NCBI GenBank assembly: GCA_949358305.1
Contig: OX442314.1
Coordinates: 15,004,001-15,068,000 of the forward strand
DNA: 64,000 nucleotides
Direction of reading: 5' to 3'
Source of the DNA: Strigamia acuminata
Taxonomy: Eukaryota
Below, piece after piece: positions 40,401-50,900 of this stretch. The first letter of the stretch is position 1. Each line of letters starts with the position of its first letter. The notes beneath the pieces are model-generated. The model worked only from the letters and a program-made list of their open reading frames with translations, made no database searches and was not told the DNA's origin. The translations under genes and the position numbers were made by a program.

Positions 40401-42022
40401 TCGTAAAAGAATGATGTCACCTTTATGTCTTGGCCTCGTGCCCGAATCAATCCATTACTCGTGTAGGAGGATGTTTGAATTTCGTTGAGATTACGATACC
40501 TTTGGCACCCTTTGGGAACAATTTTTCTGGGGTAAGTGTGATGCGTTGTGGTAGGTGACTGCTCGCCCCTTGTTGGTTGTGGGCGGGGGAGAATGGAAAA
40601 ATTGTGGGTCATTGATATTTTGATATTTTGTATCAGGATGGAAGTGGTTATGAATTGATTTTTATTTATTTGTTGCGGAATAAATGGGATTTTTTTTTTT
40701 TATAAAAAAAATTCAGGTAAAATTAGCTCGTGGTGAATGGAAGATTGAAATCACATGGTTTCCGTTCGTGTTGGATTTGGTCCAATTTTTTAACACGAAA
40801 GAAATTAAAAGAGTTATTAATAATTAATTAATATTTGCTTTGAATATTTTTTTGGAACGTTCGAAAGTTTTGGTTCAATTTTAACTGATAATCTTAAATT
40901 TATTGCCTTTGTTTTCTAGATGGAAGATAAAGAGAGAGAGAGAGAGAGTTGTAAAGTTCGTTTTTTAAAGGTGGCAGGTCAGTCAGCTTAGCAATCTGTT
41001 CGCACACAAGTTGCACATTTGAACTCAAATCGCATTTTTTTGCCCAACTGCTGCAAACTAAAATATATACACACTATATAAGGAAAAAAAAAAGCTAAGC
41101 TAAATCTGCGATTTGCAGATGTTGCGGTTTTATTTATTGTTTATTCTTTTGTTTTTTAATATAAAAATGTGCAACATTCTTACACCGCCAGCAAATGTTT
41201 GGGATTGTTTTTAATTTAAAAATTAAACATTCGGACTCGGTGTTACTGGGGTTGTGTTCTGGTCATGACGACATTGCTCCGCCGCACTGGTAATTTGCCA
41301 AGGGAAAATGCAAAGCCGTTTGCTATTCATTTCTGCACAGTTCTTTTCTCATTTCGGGCGTAAAGGAGAGGGCTTGGAATGTACAAGAGCTGCGAACAAC
41401 TTGGGGCTATGCACGTGCACTGACACGGAACTAGCGTGCGTGCGAAATTATTTGGACGCACATGTTATGTGTGCTCCGAATGTTTGCAGAGCAGTCGTGG
41501 ACAACGTCCATCAGATTGGACGTGCGTAAAGGGTATGTGCGATGTGATATGTCACGTATATAGATGTGTTGAAAGAATGTTGTTGTACAAGGAGGTAAAT
41601 TAAATTTTGTGTGACATATTGTTCCTTTGGGTGATGTCGGATAACAAGGAGAGAGCAAAAAGTTTGGTGTACTGCAACTCATTTACCGTTCTGCTCCCAG
41701 GGGTGACATTTCTATACTCTAGATTCTAGAAAAAAGGGATGTGTATAAGGAAAAAATTGTTTTCTATTTATTTCCTTATCTGTTTGCGTTGATGTGTTTT
41801 TTTTTTGGTTTTTTTTTCTTGGGGATTTTTTGTGTGGTTTCTTTTCTTATTTCATTTTTCCGGCGAGGATTAGATGTTACAGCTAATGTGCAATTTGGGA
41901 AAATGTGAAATAAATTAAAATTTTGATTATTTTTTTTTTCTTTGTTTTATTTTGTTGCAGATGGCAAGTTCCCATACATTCTCAAGTTGTGCTTCTCGTC
42001 TTCAGGGCCTCGTGGAATGTGA
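1421..42022 (+). CDS. HNRNPL: Heterogeneous nuclear ribonucleoprotein L (smooth orthologue), 5'-partial; join(1421..1484,11013..11081,17893..18070,19001..19205,27866..27987,33172..33376,39228..39288,39683..39778,41961..42022)
   Basis: Nine GT-AG exons join in one open frame: PSRLNVYKNDTESWDYTNPNL ... QGAVMMVYGLNHEKINADRIFNLFCLYGNVVRVKFLKSKEGCAMVQMGD ... FSKQAFL ... NNRFTNPEAASKNRIQPPSKVLHFFNTP ... ERSSSGLLEW ... GKFPYILKLCFSSS. These are hallmark hnRNP L/Smooth RRM2-RRM3-RRM4 motifs. Confidence 0.97.
5334..5691. mobile_element. MITE, Tc1/mariner (pogo/Tigger-like), about 360 bp
   Basis: Imperfect 27-bp TIRs (tattgtgttttaccgattaagagtcgc versus revcomp taccttattttcgcgattaagagccgc, 20/27), TA-rich flanks, several internal (A/T)AGAGCCGC/TAGCCGC subrepeats, no transposase. 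Confidence 0.8.
7550..7613 (+). other. Candidate stop-containing (poison) cassette exon A of hnRNP L
   Basis: Strong acceptor (ttttttttctctttccttctgttacag); in phase 1 after the 1421-1484 exon it reads S-Y-L-R-R-TAA; possible weak donors gtaaag (7567) or gtaaaa (7614). Confidence 0.4.
11013..11081 (+). CDS. HNRNPL: hnRNP L linker exon (NKNPERPGPLLQEPRFGSAPTPY), 69 nt, frame-preserving
   Basis: ttttgttttatacag acceptor, gtaagt donor; PLL motif typical of the hnRNP L linker; phase 1 in and out. Confidence 0.88.
17301..17362 (+). other. Candidate stop-containing (poison) cassette exon B of hnRNP L
   Basis: Isolated GC-rich 62-nt island bounded by ctgacag| and cgg|gtaaaa; in phase 1 after the 11013-11081 exon it reads R-S-P-L-M-TAG. 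Confidence 0.55.
17893..18070 (+). CDS. HNRNPL: hnRNP L Gly/Tyr/Pro-rich linker exon (RNDQNRGPPGSYGTPERAEPYDGY...DRYGAPSER)
   Basis: cttcttatag acceptor, gtaagg donor; phase 1 in, phase 2 out; open frame matches the next exon. Confidence 0.88.
19001..19205 (+). CDS. HNRNPL: hnRNP L exon: linker end and start of RRM3 (…QQGAVMMVYGLNHEKINADRIFNLFCLYGNVVR)
   Basis: tttagcag acceptor (NAGNAG), gtaagt donor; classic RRM3 motif. Confidence 0.96.
19972..20574. mobile_element. MITE, about 600 bp, with GCGACA subterminal repeats
   Basis: Left end tggggacgcacacctagcgcgaca versus revcomp of right end cggggcgtgtcatctagcgcgaca; TAATTA on both flanks; repeated gcgac(a) on the left and tgtcgc on the right. 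Confidence 0.78.
22178..22292 (+). pseudogene. Diverged 5S rRNA-derived unit (5S variant/pseudogene or SINE3-type head)
   Basis: Collinear with eukaryotic 5S: ACGGC...CTGA...CGTC.GA...GAAGTTAAGCAG (A box)...GGCCTAGTCAGTACCTGGATCGGTG (IE/C-box-like)...CTGGGAATACCAGTTGCTGT, followed by a T6 run. Confidence 0.85.
23117..23246. mobile_element. 130-bp palindromic (fold-back) MITE
   Basis: tagctgtattcaagaggtggtgtttaaa versus revcomp of right end tagctgcattcaaaaagctgtgttttaa; inner arms gtgtttgtgtttttg / caaaaacaaacac also pair. Confidence 0.72.
27866..27987 (+). CDS. HNRNPL: hnRNP L RRM3 exon (VKFLKSKEGCAMVQMGDGAAVERAIQNLNNSVFFGNKMQLG)
   Basis: tttgttttttag acceptor, gtaagt donor; phase 0 in, phase 2 out. 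Confidence 0.97.
33172..33376 (+). CDS. HNRNPL: hnRNP L RRM3-RRM4 exon (FSKQAFLNDVQQPFELPDGSPSFKDFMGNRNNRFTNPEAASKNRIQPPSKVLHFFNTPSGISEEELKK)
   Basis: Long poly-T acceptor, gtatga donor; phase 2 in, phase 0 out. Confidence 0.97.
36020..36050. repeat. (CT)n microsatellite
   Basis: ctctctctctctctttctctctctctttct read directly. Confidence 0.8.
39228..39288 (+). CDS. HNRNPL: hnRNP L RRM4 exon (QVFEEQGVNPPKSVKMFASK)
   Basis: ttcatttgcag acceptor, gtaagt donor; phase 0 in, phase 1 out. Confidence 0.93.
39683..39778 (+). CDS. HNRNPL: hnRNP L RRM4 exon (TERSSSGLLEWDNISEALEALVTTNHTPIPNP); acceptor ambiguous (39674/39683/39686)
   Basis: ERSSSGLLEW motif; gtaagt donor at 39779; several AGs clustered at the 5' end. 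Confidence 0.92.
40932..40948. repeat. (GA)n microsatellite (a similar one lies at about 40015-40033)
   Basis: Read directly. Confidence 0.8.
41961..42022 (+). CDS. HNRNPL: hnRNP L last coding exon (NGKFPYILKLCFSSSGPRGM*)
   Basis: ttttgttgcag acceptor; KLCFS C-terminal motif; TGA immediately followed by TAG. Confidence 0.95.
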
Positions 42023-43506
42023 TAGGCTCAGGCTATCTCTTGTGCCGTTTGACTAAGTGAGCACGTGGCAAAATGGCCCATTTATTATCCATCCATCAGC
42101 AGGGACTTGCATGCTATGTACCCCTTTTATTTTGTTTTTATTTTTATTTTTGTTTTTTTTAATTTTTGTTTTTATTTGGTTGATTTCACCGAATACTTGT
42201 TTAGCTCATTGAACACATCCATGTTTCCATTTAGTGTGATATTTGTTTTTCAGTTATCGTTTAAAGAAAATCATATCGTGTCATTTTTAAGTATATTCAT
42301 TAATTCAATATACTATTATTATTTTTTCTTGTTTGAGTTTTTATCTTTGTTTATATTTTGGTTCGGTGCGAACAAAAGTCGGCCTGTAATGTGTACGGAG
42401 GGAATATTGTTCTCTCCATATATATATAAAAATATAAACTTGAGAAAACTGTTACAAAAAAATTTGTTAATTGTATTGTCATCATTTATAATCTTCCATT
42501 GTATATCATCCATTTTATCCCGAAAACTTCCCAACCCAGGTTGATGAAATATGATTTCCTCATTCAATTTTCATCAAAAGCTGATCAGAATTGAGTTGTT
42601 TGAACGTAGAGCAGTGGCTTGCTTTTTGCTTCTTAAATTCTCATTTGTGGATTGTTTAATTTCGTGTTGTTTTTATTTTTATATTTGAATTTGATTTCCG
42701 TTTAAGTAGTGTAGGTAGATTATGTGAAAGCAAATTTCAATTCACATCGAAAAGGCTTTTTCTTTTTCGTTTAATTTTTTTAAAAAATCATTATTTGACG
42801 CTTTATTCTTCTTCTTTTTTTTTCTGCTTGGCTTATAATATTATTGCTTCGCTCTCTCTTGGTGATGTGTTCACAGTTCTGTAGATTAATTCTTTCGGTA
42901 ATTATTAAGGCAGATAGAATTAACAGCTGGGTGAATCAAAAAAAATTTGCAGACGTGCTTTTTGGTAATGGTATAGGGATTAAGCGATTTTTTTCCCTTG
43001 GATTTGTAACATTTTTTTTCTGTCAGTCTTTGAGAAATTGAATGGAAATGCACTTTTTGAAATTAAAATTTTTCTGTATAAAAAAAAATTCAAATAAAAA
43101 ATATAAAAAGAAAAAAGTTTTTGATCAGAACTCTGTAATAGTAGAACATATGTACAGCAGCTGAATATTATTAATTAATTATTATTGGAATATATTATAA
43201 TACTGAAATAACATCACTCATTCTCTTTTATTTGCTATCATATCATTATTTGTAATATTAAAAGTTAAAGATAATGACATTCCCTATTAAGAAAAGGAGA
43301 AAATAAAAATATTCTCACTTCCCAACAATCCTTTCCTAATCCTATTCCTTATTTCATTTTTTCGAATTGCCGACAGATGAAATATAAAATTGAATGGCAG
43401 TCAATTGACTTGAACGTATTGGTTGAATTGGTTGAATGTGTATCTGATTATGAAATGTCATTTTCTGCCTTCATGTTATGTTATTGACCATTGTATCTGT
43501 CAGACC

Positions 43507-43512
43507 AATAAA
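43507..43512 (+). promoter_or_regulatory. Candidate polyadenylation signal of hnRNP L (other AATAAA at 43093 and 43302)
   Basis: AATAAA followed about 25-40 nt later by a T-rich tract (tatttttctttcttttc). Confidence 0.45.
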
Positions 43513-44779
43513 AAATATTTGAGGACGAGGAAATGTATTTTTCTTTCTTTTCGAATTGAATTATTGAGTTCAGTTATTATAGCTGAATCTGTTGTCACTT
43601 AACTTATTGGCTCGATACATTTCATTTATTTTTTTTTAAACTCACATCCACATATCGAACAGTAGCTTTACTTTTTGTGCAATTCATACATGCAATAATA
43701 TGTGTCAGCTTGAAGCGATAACAGTTGAAATTCCGCTTGGGAAATTTGTGCTAAAATGGAATATTCATGAAGGTATACCAGCGTCAAGCCCAACACCGGT
43801 TTCTGGAGCAATCAAGTGAGCGTAATAGTTGGAGAGGAGCGAGGTGATGAGCCAAGTATGTGTCCTTTTCTTCTTGCTCATATTGATTTGTATTAGACGA
43901 CAATCCTCCGTTGCAATAAGTGGGTCTTCTAACATGACCAGAGGCACGCTTAATTGGCTGGAAAAGGGAAAAGCTGGATAGAAGAGGGATTGAGTTGGTT
44001 GTAAAAAGATTCCAGTCTTTGCTCCATTGCTTGTGCATTGTGGCGAAAGAGTAAATAGAGCAGTGGCCAGCCAGTCTTATTCTCAACGATTATGCTCTTT
44101 TCAGATGACGCTGGCATGAAATGGACGGAAAATGTATCAAATTCCTAAATTTATCTCGAGAGAGAGACAAAAAAAGAAAGAAAGAAGAAAGAAAAAAACA
44201 ATTTCAAACTGCATATTTAAGTAAAGGATTTTAAATTCCACAAAGCTGATTTTAAGCATATCATTATCACGTTAAAGGGCGTTGTTTATTTTCTCTGTAA
44301 ATATCACTATGAATTAGGGAAATGAGTTGCCTTTGCCCAGCCGTTCTCATCATAACTTGCTGCCTTATATTATCATTTCCTGGTGATCTTTAAAGTTCAC
44401 TTGCCGTTCATGATACATCTTGACGTATGTGTGTAAAGTTTAGTTTGCGTTTTTTCAAAGGAAGCAGGAAAATAGGATACTTTGTGGTCATGATTCATCA
44501 AGTATAGATGAGGTTGATGTTAAGACTTTGACGGAACCCTCATTAATATTGTACATCTATCTTTTGCGAAACGGACTAGAAACAAAATCAATTTCCGTTT
44601 TAATGTCGCTTAGAAAATTGCAGTGATATTAGATTTACAACATGAATACTGGTACGATTATTATTTTATAGGTATGATTAATAAAACACGTGTGAATGAT
44701 TAATGGAATGGAGGAAGGATCAAGGAGAAAATGAATGCATCGTGCTTATTATTAATGAATTCATAATTACAGCCAATAT

Positions 44780-44985
44780 TTAACTAGGACAATTAATTGA
44801 ATGCTGTATTTCATCCCAATTTCGGCCTGTTAACGGTATGGATATGATGGAACTATTGAAACTACTTTTCATTATTTCAGAGTCTGACGCGTAGTTGTAG
44901 AGCGTTTCATCGTTTAATGTTGAGTGATCACTAGGATACGGTGTGGAAGATTGGGAGCTTGTTGAGTCTTGATCTTCATAATCTT
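44780..44985 (-). CDS. stum-like last coding exon (EDYEDQDSTSSQSSTPYPSDH...QHSINCPS*)
   Basis: cttcttcttgttgcag acceptor; phase-compatible open frame of 206 nt ending in TAA; sequence poorly conserved. Confidence 0.7.
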
Positions 44986-47900
44986 CTGCAACAAGAAGAA
45001 GAAGAAGAATGACATTATAAGACTATGGGACAAAGTTTTGTGTGCTCTGAAATTCAATCAATAATATTGTGGTGCAATCTGTTGCTGGATGCCAAGCACA
45101 TTTATGTCAGGATGTCACGAAATCTGTCCCAAGATGAAGTGATCTTTAATGGATGAGCAAGAAGACGCTTTGATAATCTGTAATGAGCTATGGCGCGTTA
45201 AGTAATCTGTGTTCTGACAGTGATGAAGCATCGAGACTTAGGCTAAGACAGAAGCTTTTGCCAAGCGCAAGCTACGCATGTCAAAGGCAAAAGATGAAGT
45301 GGGAAAAACGAAAAGGCGACCGTGTTCCAATCAATTGAACAAATGGCAACAAAGTGTTTTACTTTGACGCCTTTCTCCAACATTTTATTTGTCATTCTCG
45401 TTTGCACTTCTAATTTGAACCCAACTCTTGTGATAGTAGTTAATTAACCCGCTGCTCTTAGCGTAATGGCGAAAGAAATGGTGAACTACAAGAAAATGCT
45501 TTTAAGTCTAACTAAGTGATAGCAGTCACCAATTCTATACCAGTAATTGATTGGCTCGTGTTGTTGTTTAGTTTTACCTGCAAGAAGCCATAAAATAATT
45601 CCCCAAGCGATGCTCCAAAACCAACCGACCAAAAGCCAAGGAATGGTTAGAAATTGGGCTACGCCCACACTCGTGTTAACCATTATCATCAAACCGTGAT
45701 TAGGCATTCGACTCTTTCCGACGCACAGAGTGGACCAGCCACTCAGAACCGTTCCTGCAATACAATAATAATAATAAATAAATAAATAAATAAATAAAAA
45801 AAATTTCTGTCGACAAATCGAAGTTAAATAACAGTATACACGACACAAACACAAACATCTTCAACCTAGATGACCTAAACTTATTAGAGAATTAGGGATT
45901 TCTGCCCGTCTTTTTTTGATCCAGGCTTCTTATCTTCGCTGCATTGTGAGCGTACGATAGAGGTTCTCTTGTGTTGTCACTTTGATAGCAACGTAATTGG
46001 ATGGCGTTGAATGAGGGACACAGATGCTGCTTCTTTTTCCTTTCCTTTTCTCTGGTGGTCCTCTTCTGATTGACTCGACTGATGCCGACTTGTGACATTG
46101 GTCTTTTCTCGTTATCTGCGTCTCTTTGCCTTACCTTATTTCTTTTTCAGTTTCATTTTGTTGGAAGAAAAGATCTTTTTTCGCTTCTATTACATCGTGG
46201 GATATGGGATTGAGCGATTAGTATTGCCGCTTGATTAGAAACTAATTTGTTTGCGTTGATACTGGTACCAGGATTGTTTGTTTGTCAGTGTTGTATGGGA
46301 TGGTCATTGCTTGATACAATTTAATTAGTGAAAGGGGAAGTGCAAAGAAAACACCCGGGAGAGAGAATGAATGGACTGCAAAAGGGCCTCATCTGGTGAG
46401 GTGATGAGTGGATGTGACTGAAATGAAAAACAGCAGCAAGGGAGGCCCGTACAAGATAAGAACACTAAAAATATATATAAAAAGTTTGGAAAAAAGTTGT
46501 AAAATTCAATAACACTATCGGAGTATGTTGCTAGAGACATGGCGAGCATATTAAAAAGAGATTATTGATATAAAAAGTCAAGTTTTGTTATTCGAGACGC
46601 CCTATCAATTATACAACATTTGAAAATAAATGTTGTCGTCTTAGGACTTGTCTAATTTTTAAATAAATAAATAGTACCTTTCAAGAAAAAACACTAGGGG
46701 TATGATCACTATATGAAGGCTATGAAGAGAGCCAATCCCCAGACTAATTTTTACTAGTCTAGCATGCGGTTGCCAAAAAAATTTTACTCCGTTTTTTGCA
46801 TGTTTGTGTAAGTTTTTCATCGTTTTTTGCCTATTAATTCGCCTTTTATTATGACGAGAGTTGACCAACCCCAGAAAGGCCGTCCATTGACGCAAGCCGG
46901 ACCTTTGTCTGTGCCCGAACGGGCCACGCAGGTCCAATTGGCCCATTACGACGGATTCGACTGCGGAACCACCTGCGACTGTTTTGAAGGAATTAGATCT
47001 TCAATTCTTGATCAAAAGAGGTCTAGAAGTAGGTCTTCCAACCTACTGCCGACCGCTCCTGCGATGTGTCAAGACGCGCTGCGACTGACCGCGAGATTCT
47101 TTTATTTCTGGCCGAATTACGCAGACCATCACCATGCCCCGTCAATCGATTCTGAAAAATCATCAAACTGCAAGGCCTATCCTAGGAACGCAAGAGCGAG
47201 ATCTCCGGACGTGGGGAGGCGTCGAAGGATCTGGCGTCCTTTTCCGACACAGGTTCGGAAAACGAAAGCTACAACTCGGGGTCCGACCAGTTGTATGCTT
47301 CGGACGTAGAGACGAGGTTGCCAGACTCAGGTCTAGGTTAGCCAAACTGTCCAAATCCTCAAGACATAAAATGGTCGTTTTGAGTTTTGACTCAGAAGAG
47401 GACGTTGTGACAAACGTTCCTCTCCTAGCTAAAAAATTGGCAGAAAAAATTGAGGAGATTTTGTCACTAAGGTGGTTTTATTCCCTTAAAAACTTTTTGA
47501 TTTGAGATTAAGTTTCTCTTCTTCTTTTAGTCGTCAGCATCTGATGCCAAGAAGTTCCGGGACAAGTATCCTCGACCCAGGGACTAAGTTCCATCCCTAA
47601 AGCACAAGGAAATGGACGACGTCAAGAGCTACCTTAGCGACAAGAAAACAAATTTTTCACCTTTTTGTGAAATTTTTTTTAAAGAATGTGGACTCTTTAG
47701 TACTTGGAATTGGAGTTATTGCATCCAGACTTTTTGATGCTGCATTTATGTTTGTTTGTATAGTCTTTTTCGGGTAAAGAATTTTGTTGATTTTGCTTCT
47801 TTTTAGACCCTTATTTAAATTCAAGATGTTGGAGGCATCTAAGTTATATAGGGCCATTCTCCACTTCGTCAAAGTAGCCACTTACTCGATTTGCAACGAA

Positions 47901-50900
47901 CGTCGGGCAAACGCAATCCACGGCATTGAGGGAAAAAATTCCAGCCTCCTCTCAAAATTTAAGGACGGCAAAGGCGAGACTCTTTTTGACGAAAAGTTTC
48001 TGATCATGTTTAAACAACAGGCGGATGAGATTTTTGCAATTGACCGCGCTAGGAGCAAGCTTCTGGGATCAAGACATCCAAATTCTTTTCGCGGTTCTGC
48101 ACGTCATCACCACCAACAGAAGCAAGACAAGCTAAAACCTTACCACGACAATTGTCCCGATTATGACTGTCGTTGTAATAGAGGTTTTCAACCTAGAAAT
48201 CAACAGCCCTTTCGTGGTCCCTGCTCCAATTAAGGACGGGACAATCTAGTTTTGATAAGTTGGGTGAGAAAATTTTGTGAATTACTATCTTTTCTCGAAT
48301 CTCTGTCATCTAAAAATAATACCGGTAATATCTATCAATAATCCTTCAGGCATTCTCCTTAATCAGAAGTTAGCTACATTTTTGGCTTGAGCCCCAGCAG
48401 CTAGATCGGCCGATCTCAAATTCCTATCTTCAGATGTCATTTTCAAAGACAGTTTTTGTATTGTTCCTCTTTTGGGGTCCAGGAAATCTTCTTTTCGAGC
48501 TCCCTTTTGCATTTCTAGATTTCACGATAGGGAATTGTGTCCAGTCGTAACTCTTCGCGAGTACTTTGATTTGAACATTTCAATCCGCAAGGATATGAGA
48601 CAATTATTTATTTCGGCTTCTTTTCCTTTTGAGGCAGTCTCTTCTACTACATCCAGATGGATTAAAAGCATCTTTGGTAATGCCGATGTTGACAGCTCGA
48701 TTTTTACCGCCCGGGACAGTTTTCACCTAGTAGAAATTCCACCTAGTAGTAATTTGCAGCAAGCAGAAGTGTATCCCTGAGTCATATTATCAAAGCAGCC
48801 GATTGGTCAACTGCTGAGATTTTCCAAACTTTTTATAAGAAACCTATCATTTCATTTTCAGAGGCTATGAACAGCCATATGTTAACAACATTTATTTGGA
48901 AATGTTGTATAAGTAAAGATTTTGCTAGTAATTATGAAGCAAAGTTAAAATTATACTAGGCAAATAAATGTTGTTAACAATCCCACCCTTACAGTAAACA
49001 GAATTTTTAATGTGTTTTTACCATTCAGAAAACTAGTCGACCTTAGGACCTGTCCTCAGATGATTTTATTCCTGTAATGATTATTCATTAATTTAATAAA
49101 GTTTTGTAAACTTCAGTGTGTGTTTTTATTAGACTGGGGATTGACTCTCTTCATAGCCTTTATACACTATAGTGGCCATACCCCTGGTGTTTTTTTTTTA
49201 AAAGTACTATTTATTTATTTAAAAATTAGACAAGCCATAAGTTACTAACATTTATTTGCCGAGTATAATTTTAATTTTGCTTCATAATTACTAGTAAAAT
49301 TTGTAATTATTAATTTTGAATTGAACGAGCAGGGCAAAGAAAATATCTAGTAACATGTACGTCTAATGTTTTGCTCAGGTTTTTAAAAAAAATACTTCTT
49401 TTTTGCGGTTATGTTTGTGTATCCAGCTTACATGCTAGACATCGATGTTTGGTTGGAAAGCCGCATGACTGCAAGCATGATTGCAACGTCGTGAGATTGA
49501 GTTGAGTGGTCGAGCAAGCAATCTTGAGCTCTCTCAAACACCAAAACGTTTTTTTATGTGCGTGCATGCACTGTACTGGATTATTACAAAGTATGACGTA
49601 GCAAAAAGTTTAGACTAGTTACACGTCATGTAAATAATCAGTAGTAGTGAGGTTAGATTAGGTTAGGTTTACTCGCTGCATCTGCATTTGATAGTAGAGA
49701 AAGAGAGGGGGAGAAAGTGTGTGTGGGAGCGAGGGGAAAGAAAGTAGATCGATAAATGCTGATCTGATTTTATCCAGAGAAGCTTTACTCTAATTAAGTT
49801 GGGGTTTTTTTTTTGGCAAACTAAAGAAAAAAAATGAAAAATCCATTGGGTACTAGAAAAAAATATGTAATCACTTTGATGTAAGAAATTAATCTGCTCA
49901 AATGAATGCACAGGGAGTTGATTTAAACTGGATAAGATGGCTGATTTGCATGTTTCTAGTAAAATGTGCTGCTTTATTCATTTATTGGTTGCGGGGGAGT
50001 TTAACTTTCAATTGTGAATTTAAAGTGTTGGGTGGGAAAACGTGGAATGGTGCAAATCTTGACACTCGATGTTTGTTGCATCTCGCTCGTCAGCTCACTA
50101 TTCTTCTTCGCCGAAGGAGAAAAAGAAGTCTTCTTCAATGTCCCTCATTAGTGCCACATCCACCACAAATGGGAGAGCCAAATACACGAACAATTGTTGT
50201 AATGACCTGCAATTGCTCTGCCATTTTCTATCTCGGTTCAAAGCTTCTCAATACGCTGAATACATTAGCGATGTTGATGAATTGAATGACATTTACACAC
50301 TTGCATTCGCAACTATTTCTTTAGTTGCGTCACTGCGAAATTGGAAAGGGGCGAAAATGTTGCTACAGATGGTGCTGACGGCAGATTGAGGGTGTACGTT
50401 GCCGTCTCCACTTTCTCCTTTTCCAACTGTCTTTTCCACCTTCCCTCACTTGCGGGCTCTAATGAACCCAACGCAGTGGGCACTGGTGTTGCGGTCGCGT
50501 GCCTCCAATCCGTTGACAGGTCGTCGACGTGTCGCAAACCAATGCCATCCATCAAACCACACGCAATTCCCTTCAAACATGGCGCATTCTGTGGTGTGCG
50601 TGCATTCAATTGATAATTGTAACAGTTGGAAATGTGTTGATGTGTGACTTATCAGAGGTCACCAACAAGTTGATTTTCATTTTATAAAGAAAATCAATTA
50701 TAAACAAACTTTTGTCGATGGCCATTTTGTTGTACATTAATGAAATTCTTGTCTCAAATAAGGGAAAAAGAAAAAAAAAACAAAGAAAAAATAAGAAAAA
50801 AATAACGAAATTGCTTTCATCTTAATAATTTTCGCCTTTCAAGGCACGCTTCTTTTTACTAGTAAAAATCCAATTAGGTGAGGGCGAGGAAAAGACCGGA

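Larger units (their letters stand above)
46609..49302 (+). mobile_element. Internally deleted DIRS1-like tyrosine-recombinase retrotransposon, about 2.7 kb
   Basis: Inverted terminal repeats at about 46641-46748 and 49128-49240; internal complementary region at about 48885-48975 matching both outer ends; decayed gag-like and YR coding sequence; no RT/RNase H seen. Confidence 0.9.

Noticed and set aside
42020..42025. Stop-codon readthrough of hnRNP L
   Set aside because: TGA is followed immediately by an in-frame TAG.
42065..42544. 159-aa hydrophobic ORF
   Set aside because: It is the T-rich 3' UTR of hnRNP L, with a GTG start and low complexity.
49651..49669. TTAGG telomere-like repeats
   Set aside because: Only about three degenerate units.
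50050..50650. GC-richer block with overlapping ORFs on both strands
   Set aside because: No recognisable domain or phase-compatible splice sites; it may be regulatory but this cannot be supported.
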